Below are positions 9,217 to 18,220 of a stretch of 41,543 bases of DNA, in pieces. The stretch comes from a virus. Lineage: Duplodnaviria; Caudoviricetes. Made by a program: the position numbers and the translations under genes. The stretch lies in the IMG/VR virus record IMGVR_UViG_3300042994_000012, positions 1 to 41,543 of that record. One strand, 5' to 3'. Positions within the stretch are counted from its first letter, which is position 1. Every line of letters starts with the position of its first letter. The notes beneath the pieces are model-generated. The model searched no databases, was not told the origin of the DNA, and was given only the letters and a program-made list of their open reading frames with translations.

Positions 9217-10632
9217 ATGAACAACACACTCACCATGTTTGGCGGTGCCATCAAGACGTTGGGCATCGAAGAGATCAAAGGTCGCCGTGTTGGGCGTCTC
9301 GGCGGCACGCTTTGCCTGCATTCCACTGCCAACGATCCCGACGCCACCCGGGCGCGCGATTATTTCGATGCTTCGACAGATTTCAAAATGATCGACGGCA
9401 TGGAAGTGCCGGTTTATTTCCACCATGGTCTACACGAACGCATTGGCGTCAAACAGATCGGCACCGCTCGCATCTGGCGCGACGAACTGGGCGTGCAAAT
9501 TGAAGCAGAAATTTATCTCGATGATGCCGATGGTCTCAAGTCCTACAACGACGCCTGTGCGGGAAAGCTGGGCTGGTCATCGGGCACCGCTGCCCACCTG
9601 GTGCAGCGCACGCGCATCGAGACCAAATCAGGACGCGCGCACCACATTACCTATTGGCCGCTCGGTCTGGATGCCAGCCTGACGCCAACACCAGCCGAGC
9701 CTCGCAACGTGGCGACGGAAATCAAGTCACTGCTGGTTTCGCAGGAAACCGAAGAAAGTACTTTGGAATCGGCGCTGCTGGATAGTGTTGCGCTGCTCAA
9801 GATGGTCGATGAGACCGAATTCAGCATTGAGGATGGTATCAAGCGATTTGATCCCAACCAGGCGCGCGATAAAGATGGAAAGTGGTCAGGTGGCGGCACT
9901 CACAGCGGCTTGCTGCAGCACACGCATGAGCATGTGAAGCCTAAGGACTGGCACGAACGGACACAGGATGAAGCGGTCGCGATGTTTGAGCGCAGTTTCG
10001 CCGGTGCCACATTCGACATCTCCAAACGCCATCAGATCGACAACTCGCATGAGCATCGCGTCGCAATTCAGCATCCCAAACGCGATGCTCCCATTGTGGA
10101 ATCCGTGCGCGAGCCCGCTGGAGCCGATTACACGCCCGCACAGGTCCAGAAGATTGCGATCGCGCAGCTGGCCGCGAATAACCATCGCGCGTGGATTGAG
10201 AAGGCCATGGGCGAAGGTAAGCCAATTCCCGAACACATCGCCCGCTCTTATGGCCTGCATCCTGACCAGGGTGGTAATGCTTCAATCAAGCCGGATGAGC
10301 GAGCACCTTACCAGAAGTTACAAACCGAGTACGTCCTGGATAAGCAGCGCTCGCCGGTGGGACGTATCGACCAGGTGGTTTTGACGGAACAGACCACACA
10401 GAACGCTTATGAGCGTGAGCACCGCAAGCAAGTGGAAGCCGCCGTGGAACGTCAGGATTATGTGCCACGCCAGGTATTGGCGGATTACCCTGATTTAGCC
10501 GATAAGGTAGCCCGTCGCTACTCGGGCACCCGTCAGGAAATGAAGGCGCTGCAGATCAAGTACTTGCAGAGCCAACTCCTGACCGCTCAGGTGGATATGT
10601 TGCGCTCTGACTTGCAATTACAATCGCTGTAA
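9217..10632 (+). CDS. Prohead protease with a long C-terminal extension
   Basis: RDYFD...VYFHHG...IG...GWSSG...DASLTPTPAEPR protease pattern in the first ~170 aa; position after portal. Confidence 0.8.
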   Translation: MNNTLTMFGGAIKTLGIEEIKGRRVGRLGGTLCLHSTANDPDATRARDYFDASTDFKMIDGMEVPVYFHHGLHERIGVKQIGTARIWRDELGVQIEAEIYLDDADGLKSYNDACAGKLGWSSGTAAHLVQRTRIETKSGRAHHITYWPLGLDASLTPTPAEPRNVATEIKSLLVSQETEESTLESALLDSVALLKMVDETEFSIEDGIKRFDPNQARDKDGKWSGGGTHSGLLQHTHEHVKPKDWHERTQDEAVAMFERSFAGATFDISKRHQIDNSHEHRVAIQHPKRDAPIVESVREPAGADYTPAQVQKIAIAQLAANNHRAWIEKAMGEGKPIPEHIARSYGLHPDQGGNASIKPDERAPYQKLQTEYVLDKQRSPVGRIDQVVLTEQTTQNAYEREHRKQVEAAVERQDYVPRQVLADYPDLADKVARRYSGTRQEMKALQIKYLQSQLLTAQVDMLRSDLQLQSL

Positions 10633-10691
10633 CCGTGACTTAATTTAAACGTCGAATGACGTGTCACTAAAACAATTCGCCTAATTCAGCA

Positions 10692-10730
10692 ATAAAATCA
10701 CCGGGTAATTAGATTACCTGGTGATTTTAT
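10692..10730. terminator. Bidirectional terminator-like hairpin
   Basis: 18-bp arms ATAAAATCACCGGGTAAT/ATTACCTGGTGATTTTAT. Confidence 0.7.
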
Positions 10731-10923
10731 GTTTCGACTGCTGGAGTATGTTACGTGTTTAACATCTTCTTGTTTGTTCAATCAGTTACTGTACAGTGGG
10801 ATTAAGGACAGGCTGGACAAGAGAAGTTTGCGCATGCGACTCAGCTGTGTCACTATGCGACATTCCCGAGCCTCAAACCTTGAGACTTCAATACATTTGA
10901 TTTATGTTTAGAAAGAGGAATCT

Positions 10924-11514
10924 ATGGTATTACCGGTTGGAAGTATTATCGCTTACGCTGGCAATGTGGACGGGAACATTCGGAACGATCTACTCGCGCA
11001 AGGTTGGTTATTGTGCGATGGGTCCGCGATCAACAGAAACGAATACACACAATTGTTCGAAGCTCTGGAAAAGGGACGTATCTATGGACGTGGGGATGGG
11101 GCCAACACTTTCAACTTGCCCGACTTACGAGGCTACTTTATGCGCGGTGTCAATGACCCTGATATGGCTGGCGGCAGACCTGGCGGTAAAGACCCCGAAC
11201 AGGACAAACGACGCTATGTTGTAACCGGCGAGGCTTACGCAGGTGCTGGTTCTATTCAAGATCCTGGAACAGCACGGCCATCAAATGCCTTCAAATTAAC
11301 TCCACATGACGGCCATCGGCATGCATTGCCTGGTGGTGACATCACCGCTGACGGTCAGTGGAATTATGATGCAGTGCACGTAGGAATGAATCCACACATG
11401 GCCCAAAACACAGGGTTGGCAGGCGAGCACTCGCACGAAGTGAGTTCTAGCGGTGACAGAGAGACTCGTCCTATCAACATCGCAGTTAATTATCTCATTA
11501 GGGTCAAGCCGTAA
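10924..11514 (+). CDS. Phage tail collar domain protein
   Basis: LPVGSIIAYAG, GWLLCDGS, TFNLPDLRGYFMRG, ETRPINIAVNYLI. Confidence 0.9.
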   Translation: MVLPVGSIIAYAGNVDGNIRNDLLAQGWLLCDGSAINRNEYTQLFEALEKGRIYGRGDGANTFNLPDLRGYFMRGVNDPDMAGGRPGGKDPEQDKRRYVVTGEAYAGAGSIQDPGTARPSNAFKLTPHDGHRHALPGGDITADGQWNYDAVHVGMNPHMAQNTGLAGEHSHEVSSSGDRETRPINIAVNYLIRVKP

Positions 11515-11546
11515 CAAATTTTCGGATAAGCGATTTTCCTCTGATT

Positions 11547-11604
11547 GCTCGTCTTGTTTCAAGTCAACGCTTCCACGCGTGGATTAGACAAGACGGGCTT
11601 TTTT
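11547..11604 (+). terminator. Long stem-loop with U-tail (structure A)
   Basis: GCTCGTCTTGTTT...AGACAAGACGGGC followed by T6. Confidence 0.6.
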
Positions 11605-11652
11605 GTGTTTGCTCCATTATTCGTGCTATAATTGCGATGGTAGTTACAAGCT

Positions 11653-11802
11653 ATGCACGACCCTCTGCTCCTCGCCTTTATCCGTGTCATTTATTCCATC
11701 TTCTGTTTCGGAAAGCGCGAAATGGAAAAGGAATTAGGTTGCGTGAGTAAGAGCGAGCAAAAGCGGAATAGAAGCACAGAAACCGCACACACCGCCGGTT
11801 AA
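11653..11802 (+). CDS. Small 49-aa ORF with hydrophobic N-terminal helix (not in the ORF track)
   Basis: MHDPLLLAFIRVIYSIFCFGKREMEKELG...; extended -10 TGCTATAAT at 11624-11632. Confidence 0.45.
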   Translation: MHDPLLLAFIRVIYSIFCFGKREMEKELGCVSKSEQKRNRSTETAHTAG

Positions 11803-11846
11803 AATACCGGCATCAACAACTCGGCAGGGTGGCTCTTCATCGATTT

Positions 11847-11906
11847 GCCCGCACATTTGAGTCTTACGCGAAGCGACACGCGTGAGCCTGATGTGCGGGC
11901 TTTTTT
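11847..11906 (+). terminator. Long stem-loop with U-tail (structure B) upstream of the major capsid gene
   Basis: GCCCGCACAT...ATGTGCGGGC followed by T6. Confidence 0.55.
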
Positions 11907-11945
11907 GTTTTTGTATCCCAGGTATTTTGTCGCAGGAGAAAACAT

Positions 11946-13322
11946 ATGAGTAAGCCGCGTAAGCAACAACTGCGCGAAGATTTCGAGGCCAAGACGCGCG
12001 AAGCCCAAACGATTCTGGACAAGGCCGATCCTTCCAAAGACGAGATCCAGCGCGCCAAAGTCCTGATGAACGAAGAGATTCCCGCGCTCAAAGCCGACAT
12101 CGAGGATCTCAACAGCTTTGATGGTCTCAAGTCCGATCTGGATGGCTTCAAGTCATGGAACAATGACGCATCCGGCGTAGTGCATCCCACTGGCAACGCC
12201 CGTGTCACCGGCATGAAGCGTTCGGGCACCACGGTGATCGAGCGCGAAGGCGACGAGTCGGTTTTGTATCAGGATGGCGAAGGTTTGCTATCCGATGCCC
12301 AGATCAAGACGATTCAAGATCCCGAGTATGCGGACGCGGTGAAGTCCTACATCCGCAACAAGGGTGATATGAGCCGTCTGGGCCGCGATGCCGTCAAAAC
12401 GCTGTCCGAAGGCATCGATGAAGATGGCGGCGTGCTGGCACCGGCGGAAATGCTGCAGCGTATGCTGGAGCGCAAGCCCACGCCGACCCGCGTGGCCGGA
12501 TTGGTCACCCAGCTCACCACCAGCCGCGATGCCGTTATTCTCCCGCGCAACACTTACAACGCCGATGATGTTTACACCAGCGGCGTGCGTGTGACCTGGA
12601 CCGGCGAAGGCGGCAATCCCGCCAAAGCGCAAGGCCCGCAGTTCGGCACTTTCCGTGTCAGCATCTACACCGCGATGCTCGAACTCGGTTTAACCAACAA
12701 CCTGTTGGAAGATGCCGCGTTCCCCATCCAGAGCTACTGCGCCGGTAAGTTCCGCGAAACCGTCGACATCTTGCGCGATGACATGGCGGTCAACGGCAAT
12801 GGCGTTAATCAGCCGTTTGGTATGCAAGCGCGCGTGGGTGCCGGAGCAACGGCTGGCAACAGCGCGATTGATTTCGTGAAGTCGGGCGACGCCAACACCG
12901 TAACGGCTGACGGCTTGATGGATATGGCCTACACCATCCCCGAGCAATACATGGAGAACTCGCGTTGGTTGTTCAACCGCACCAACACCGAGCGCACCAT
13001 CGCCAAGCTCAAAGACGCTGATGGCCGCTATCTCTTCGCCAGTGGTCGTGAAAGCGATGTGCTGGCCACCGCACGTCCTGACGCGCTGCTAGGCTTTGGT
13101 CTCACCCGCTCGGGCTTGATGCCCAACATCGCCGCCAACAAATACCCGATCTTCTTCGGCGATATGGCCGCTTACTACCAGATCCTGCGCATCGGCTTCA
13201 CCCTGCGCGTGTTGACCGAAATCGAAGCACGCTCGAACCAGACGATCTTGTTAGGTCGTTTGCGCATGGGTGGCGACGTGGGCGAGGGCTGGAAGATGCG
13301 CGGATTGAAGATCGCCGCGTAA
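11946..13322 (+). CDS. Major capsid protein (HK97 fold, with delta domain)
   Basis: Coiled-coil N-terminus, KTLSEGIDEDGGVLAP, WTGEG, VNGNGVNQPFG, KLKDADGRYL, IFFGD; AGGAG RBS. Confidence 0.95.
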   Translation: MSKPRKQQLREDFEAKTREAQTILDKADPSKDEIQRAKVLMNEEIPALKADIEDLNSFDGLKSDLDGFKSWNNDASGVVHPTGNARVTGMKRSGTTVIEREGDESVLYQDGEGLLSDAQIKTIQDPEYADAVKSYIRNKGDMSRLGRDAVKTLSEGIDEDGGVLAPAEMLQRMLERKPTPTRVAGLVTQLTTSRDAVILPRNTYNADDVYTSGVRVTWTGEGGNPAKAQGPQFGTFRVSIYTAMLELGLTNNLLEDAAFPIQSYCAGKFRETVDILRDDMAVNGNGVNQPFGMQARVGAGATAGNSAIDFVKSGDANTVTADGLMDMAYTIPEQYMENSRWLFNRTNTERTIAKLKDADGRYLFASGRESDVLATARPDALLGFGLTRSGLMPNIAANKYPIFFGDMAAYYQILRIGFTLRVLTEIEARSNQTILLGRLRMGGDVGEGWKMRGLKIAA

Positions 13323-13347
13323 GCCTGACTCGTGTTTTCTCCTAGCC

Positions 13348-13379
13348 GGAAGTACTTGGGAGCAATCCCAAGTACTTCC
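13348..13379 (+). other. 14-bp hairpin with GCAA tetraloop, made of two AAGTACTT units
   Basis: GGAAGTACTTGGGA-GCAA-TCCCAAGTACTTCC directly after the capsid gene; no U-tail. Confidence 0.7.
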
Positions 13380-13409
13380 AGCATTCCCTAATAGTTTGCA
13401 GGTATTTCT

Positions 13410-13850
13410 ATGCATAACCTTTCCAAAATCATCAAGCCGATTCGAGTTTCCAATGCCGTCGCAGCCGGCGCGGCCAACGTAGTTTGTGCCACTGTCGACA
13501 TGCAGGGTTTCACCGGCTGTATGGTCATCGCGCGTCTGGGCGCCATAACCGCAGGCGCCACCATCGGTCTCAAGGCTCAGCAGGGCGAAGCCGCCGACGG
13601 CTCCGATAAAGCCGACTTGCTGGGCTCGCTGGTCTCAGCTACCGATGCCGACGACAACAAAGTGTTGATCCTCGACATCAACCGTCCCAAGGGCCGCTAC
13701 ATCACACCAATCGTGGTGCGTGCCGCGCAAAACACGGTAATTGATTCCGTCGATGTGATTCTTTACAACGCCTCGCAAACGCCGGTGGCCGCTGACACGA
13801 CAGTCGCCGCTGCCAAGGTTTTGAGCGAACCAGCCTTTGGCGCCGCTTAA
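13410..13850 (+). CDS. Probable capsid decoration/cement protein
   Basis: Small Ala/Val-rich beta protein after the capsid gene (VDMQGF..., KGRYI). Confidence 0.65.
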   Translation: MHNLSKIIKPIRVSNAVAAGAANVVCATVDMQGFTGCMVIARLGAITAGATIGLKAQQGEAADGSDKADLLGSLVSATDADDNKVLILDINRPKGRYITPIVVRAAQNTVIDSVDVILYNASQTPVAADTTVAAAKVLSEPAFGAA

Positions 13851-13873
13851 AGACGTTTTCCTACTAATTCCTC

Positions 13874-14584
13874 ATGTCTCAAAACCGCCCCAGCTTCCCC
13901 ACCGGTGACGACCTGCGCGAATGGATGGTGAGCAACCGGCTCATCGAAAGTTCGTATGCAGGCGACTTGCAAAGCCCCATCGACAGCACCATTGTGCGCC
14001 TGCAAAACGACACCGGCTACACGCCGTTTCTGGGCAGTGCCGTGGCATCAGCTCGCCGCTTCAATGCGCCGGGGCCACGTCTGCCCCGCCATCGCACCTA
14101 TCTCGACTTGTTGGGCGGTGCGGGCAGCGATACCGGCGGCGGCACCGGGCTCGATCTGGGCGCTGGCATCGTCGGTTCGCCTGTCTCGATGACAGTGGAC
14201 GGTGTGGCGCTGGTTGAGGATGAGGATTATTATCTGCTGCCCGAGAACAGCGATGCCGAGGGCAAGCCGTGGACAATGCTCAAGTTCACGAGACCGGTCT
14301 GGTCGAAACCACGCGGCATTGTGGTGACGGCGCGCTGGGGCTACTGCCTGGCACCGCCCGACGGCGTGGGCATACCGGGTGACATCTGGCTGGCGCTGCT
14401 GCAGGGCGCGGCCAGTTCGATTTTCTACGCGCTGCCCAACGTGGCCGATCTGGAAAGCGTGTCGCGCAACGGCATCAGCGAGTCATTCGAAATCGCCTCC
14501 ACCGTGACCGCAAACCAACGTGGCGAAGCGCTGGAGAAAGAGTATCTCCGGCTCATTAAGGACTATCGGAGGGCAGGCGATTGA
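13874..14584 (+). CDS. Head-tail adaptor protein
   Basis: EDYYLLPEN...PW, IVVTARWGY...IPGDI pattern; synteny. Confidence 0.7.
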   Translation: MSQNRPSFPTGDDLREWMVSNRLIESSYAGDLQSPIDSTIVRLQNDTGYTPFLGSAVASARRFNAPGPRLPRHRTYLDLLGGAGSDTGGGTGLDLGAGIVGSPVSMTVDGVALVEDEDYYLLPENSDAEGKPWTMLKFTRPVWSKPRGIVVTARWGYCLAPPDGVGIPGDIWLALLQGAASSIFYALPNVADLESVSRNGISESFEIASTVTANQRGEALEKEYLRLIKDYRRAGD

Positions 14585-15237
14585 AGCCATTCGACACCGC
14601 CAAGTATCGCCGCCAGCAGCAGCTCTACGGGCAGCCGGTGCGCTGGTGGAAGGCACTGCCCTGCGAGTGCGTTAATCCCATCACCGGACAGCGTGACGCG
14701 GCGTGTGTTCTCTGCGAGAAGGACGGCCATCGCTACGAAGAGCAGCAAGTTCCCGACGGTTACGACGGCCAACCGGCGCGCGTGCTGCCTTACGAAACCA
14801 CCACAGCTCAGAAGGACGAAGAGTTTGGCCTGATTCAAGTGGGGCAAACCGCTGTTTCGGTAATGCCCGATGAATTCGACCTGGCGCGCAAAGATTGGCT
14901 GGCGTTGCTGGAGATGCAGGAACTGGCCCGCCAGATTGTGGCGCGTGGGGGCGGTGACGTGGATACCCTGCCCTATCGTTCCGTGGCCAAAGTCAGTGCG
15001 ATCACGCAGGGTGCCGGGGAAAGCCTGGAGCTTTACACACCAGGCGTGGATTGGGAGCTGCAGGGCGAAAGTGTTCGCTGGCTTTCTGGTCATCGACCAG
15101 CCGAGGGCACACGCTACAGTGTGCAGCTCTGGTTTAACCCGCTCTGGGTGTGCGTCAATCTCGACACGAAAATGCAGGGCATGGGCAGCGATGACAAACC
15201 ACTGCCCCGCGAATGGATTCTCGTTTTAAAGCCTTGA
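14581..15237 (+). CDS. Head closure/neck protein with Cys cluster
   Basis: WWKALPCEC...CVLC; synteny. Confidence 0.6.
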   Translation: MKPFDTAKYRRQQQLYGQPVRWWKALPCECVNPITGQRDAACVLCEKDGHRYEEQQVPDGYDGQPARVLPYETTTAQKDEEFGLIQVGQTAVSVMPDEFDLARKDWLALLEMQELARQIVARGGGDVDTLPYRSVAKVSAITQGAGESLELYTPGVDWELQGESVRWLSGHRPAEGTRYSVQLWFNPLWVCVNLDTKMQGMGSDDKPLPREWILVLKP

Positions 15238-15340
15238 GGGCTTTTGAGCCGTAACCGATAGGGTACGCTCCCTTGTGCCGATAGTCATGCCCGTGAGTAA
15301 AAGCCGGGGTGCGTACCCTTACCCATAAATTTACATCGTT

Positions 15341-15877
15341 ATGCCCGATCCCACACCCGAAGAAGTGATGCAAGGCGCCCGGCTGGCCGGTGGCCGCTTG
15401 CGCCTGGCGCGTGCCGAGGTGATGCGGCTACAAAGTACTTTGCTGCCCGCTGTCGTCGATTACCAAAACGAGCGCGATCATCTGACGATTCCACGCCCGG
15501 CGGCATTTCGCTACGCACGCACCAATCTGGGCAAGCTGGCGCTTCCCACCGTGGTGATTGGGGCCTATCTCGATGCGCACTCGCTGGCGATTCGCACTCA
15601 GGGCAAAATCACCACGCTTTCCATTACGGTTCTGGGAGAACCCACCGAAGTCGGCGAACAGGTGGATGATCTGTGGGACATCGCGGAACTGGCGGCGCAG
15701 CTCATGAAGAAGACCAGCAATAACTGGCATCTTTCCGACGGGCGCCTGCTGTGGATTAGCTGCAAGCTGCAAAGCATCGACGATGCGCTACCCGACTACT
15801 GGAAGCAGTATGCCGGAGTGCGCGCGGAATTCATCATCAACCAGGCCGGGTGTGATCTCTGGACACCAGCCACATAA
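15341..15877 (+). CDS. Putative tail terminator/completion protein
   Basis: Size and position before the tail tube gene. Confidence 0.5.
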   Translation: MPDPTPEEVMQGARLAGGRLRLARAEVMRLQSTLLPAVVDYQNERDHLTIPRPAAFRYARTNLGKLALPTVVIGAYLDAHSLAIRTQGKITTLSITVLGEPTEVGEQVDDLWDIAELAAQLMKKTSNNWHLSDGRLLWISCKLQSIDDALPDYWKQYAGVRAEFIINQAGCDLWTPAT

Positions 15878-15892
15878 GGACTCTGAAACATT

Positions 15893-16105
15893 ATGAGTGC
15901 CACCAACGAACAACAGGCGCCCGCAAATGAGCCCGAAGCAAAGCCACGCTATCCCGGCTCATCCGGTCTGCCGTTTGGCCACGGCATCAAGATCAGCGAC
16001 CAGGCCATTGCCGAGGTCGAGGCCAAAGCTACAGCCGAGGCCGCAGCAGAGGTTTCGCACGAAACAGGCGAGACCATAGAAGACGCACCCGGAGGTGATG
16101 TTTAG
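15893..16105 (+). CDS. Small acidic hypothetical protein
   Basis: AAGGA RBS; coupled to the next gene. Confidence 0.55.
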   Translation: MSATNEQQAPANEPEAKPRYPGSSGLPFGHGIKISDQAIAEVEAKATAEAAAEVSHETGETIEDAPGGDV

Positions 16106-17067
16106 TGGCGGAGATCGAATACGAAGGCGATTACTACGAAGGCTATGAAGGGCACGTGGGCTTTGCCCTGGAAGCGGCTCCACTGTCATCGGTAGCTGCT
16201 GAATTAACCGCATCACCCACTCTGGCGGCGTTGGGCTATGCCTCTTCGCCGGAAGTCAAAACGCCCAATAACCCGATGCCGGTCGAAGGTGTGGGCGCGG
16301 CCATTCCCTTTGGCTTCAAGGGCAAGCGACGCGAGCCCTACGCTAAAGGCTCGTTTCTGCTGACGTCGGCAACCACCGGCAAGAAGCTGATACAGGCCGC
16401 TTCACGCTACTCACCCGATTCTGCTATCCCGGCTGCTGGCCGCAACAAGCAGGGGCTGGGGCTGGTGACATTGGGCGGTGGCATCGCCGGTGCGGACGCT
16501 TCGCACCGCACGCTCTGGCAAACACGCTTTGGCCTGCTGTCAATGCTCAGTATCAGCGCGGCCATGGATGAACTGGTGCGCGTGGAATACGAGGTCAAGG
16601 CGCTCACAGCAGTCAAAAGCAGTGTCGTGGCACCGTTCACCGATGTGCAAATTGCGGCGGCTGGCGGCACTCCTTATACGATGGACGAATGTTGGATGGA
16701 GTACGAGGACGATACCAATACCATTGACTTCTCATCCATCGTCGAGAATTTGCGCCTCAACATCGCCAACGTCATCAACTATCGTTTGATTCGCCATCCG
16801 CACGCCGATGGTGATATTCACCCACTCACCCGGGCCGCGCGCTACCTGACAGCGGGCAAGGAAACCAGCGGCATTGAGTTGGGATTGGCTGATGAAGTTC
16901 CGAACATTCCAGGAACGTTGAACGTGCGTTTCAGCAACGGTGCCGGGCAGGTCAACTGCAGCATTATCGGCATCGAGTTGAACGAAAACACGATGAACGA
17001 AGCCACCCCGGATTCACAATTTAGCTTTGGCACCGGTCTGGTGTCACGCCAGATTTTGATCACCTGA
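16105..17067 (+). CDS. Probable major tail (tube) protein
   Basis: GGAGGTG RBS; 320 aa; precedes the chaperone pair and tape measure. Confidence 0.65.
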   Translation: MAEIEYEGDYYEGYEGHVGFALEAAPLSSVAAELTASPTLAALGYASSPEVKTPNNPMPVEGVGAAIPFGFKGKRREPYAKGSFLLTSATTGKKLIQAASRYSPDSAIPAAGRNKQGLGLVTLGGGIAGADASHRTLWQTRFGLLSMLSISAAMDELVRVEYEVKALTAVKSSVVAPFTDVQIAAAGGTPYTMDECWMEYEDDTNTIDFSSIVENLRLNIANVINYRLIRHPHADGDIHPLTRAARYLTAGKETSGIELGLADEVPNIPGTLNVRFSNGAGQVNCSIIGIELNENTMNEATPDSQFSFGTGLVSRQILIT

Positions 17068-17117
17068 TGGTTGCTACTGACTTTCACAGTCTTTGAATAT
17101 TAGTTTCGCGAGGAAAT

Positions 17118-17990
17118 ATGAGAAATCGCATGTTGTTGGGTTTGGGATGTTTGATGTTGATGGCGCCACTGGATAGTGCGGGCACGATGGCCGGAACAAT
17201 GGCGCAGGGGCCGGTTCCAGGCGTGCCAGATGATGTGGATGTGGAAAGTGACGAAGAAGAAGTGATCGCTGCGCCCGGCGCGCTCGATGGTGCAGCGGCG
17301 ATGTATGGTTTGCCTGCAGAGGTAGTTCCTGACAGCGAAGGCGACAATGAAAGTACTTTGCCAGTACCTTATCCAACGCCATCTTCACAGACCAAAAGTT
17401 ACCCAACGCCACCATCGGAGTTGAGACGACAGGCCACGCGCGATGCTCAATTCCGCCAGTCGGTTGACGAACTCGCGCAGCCGGGGCCTGCAGCGCCACT
17501 GGCAGGCGAAATCAAGCGCGACATCTTCTCTAACCAATGGCAGTACTGTGGCACCGCAAGTGGCTACACCAACACCGTGCAGATCGACACCACGACTTTT
17601 TATATCGTGGAGGCCAAGCCCGAAGTGGAGGCCAATTTCCGTCGCCAGATCAAAGGTCTTGAGCGCGAAGCAAAAGACCTGGTAAAGTTGGCGACACAAA
17701 TTGAAGCGCAACAAGAAGCTGGCGACGTTGATGATGCGGCACTGGAAAGCCAGTTACAGGAACTCGAAAAGCGCGAGCAAAATAGCTTTGTGATGGGAGC
17801 CAAAGCGCAAGAGTATCTGATTGAGCATACAGTGCTCGGTTGGTCAGACCCTACATGGTCCGTCACACCTCCCTGCAACACCGAAACTCGCAAAGCACTA
17901 GCACCGGCGGTCAAGTCGGAATTGTGCGCCTTTATCTTTCAAGCCACTAAAGTAAAGGGAAGTGAGGCGTCTTTTTTATCTCCATCTTGA
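17118..17990 (+). CDS. Tail assembly chaperone (gpG-like) with long N-terminal extension
   Basis: Synteny; slippery T TTT TTA at 17972-17978 near the 3' end. Confidence 0.65.
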   Translation: MRNRMLLGLGCLMLMAPLDSAGTMAGTMAQGPVPGVPDDVDVESDEEEVIAAPGALDGAAAMYGLPAEVVPDSEGDNESTLPVPYPTPSSQTKSYPTPPSELRRQATRDAQFRQSVDELAQPGPAAPLAGEIKRDIFSNQWQYCGTASGYTNTVQIDTTTFYIVEAKPEVEANFRRQIKGLEREAKDLVKLATQIEAQQEAGDVDDAALESQLQELEKREQNSFVMGAKAQEYLIEHTVLGWSDPTWSVTPPCNTETRKALAPAVKSELCAFIFQATKVKGSEASFLSPS

Positions 17991-18211
17991 CGCAAGAACT
18001 CACCGGAAAGCGTGCCGCTAATACACGCGCACGCTTTCCGGTTTTAGCTTCTTACGTCGATGACTTCTACACCGCAATGCGCTTCCCCCTGGCGTTTGAC
18101 TTTCGCACTATGCCGCCCGAATGGCAGCAAGCCCAAAGCACTTTGGCTGCTGAATACGAACGCTTTAGCGGCGAGCTCAAAGTACTTTTGTTGAAGAAGC
18201 CAAGTCTATAA
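17972..18211 (+). CDS. gpGT-like -1 frameshift extension of the tail chaperone
   Basis: The -1 frame is open from the heptamer (FFISILTQELTGKR...) to 18211, just before the tape measure gene. Confidence 0.65.
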   Translation, partial: FFISILTQELTGKRAANTRARFPVLASYVDDFYTAMRFPLAFDFRTMPPEWQQAQSTLAAEYERFSGELKVLLLKKPSL

Positions 18212-18220
18212 GGAAACACA

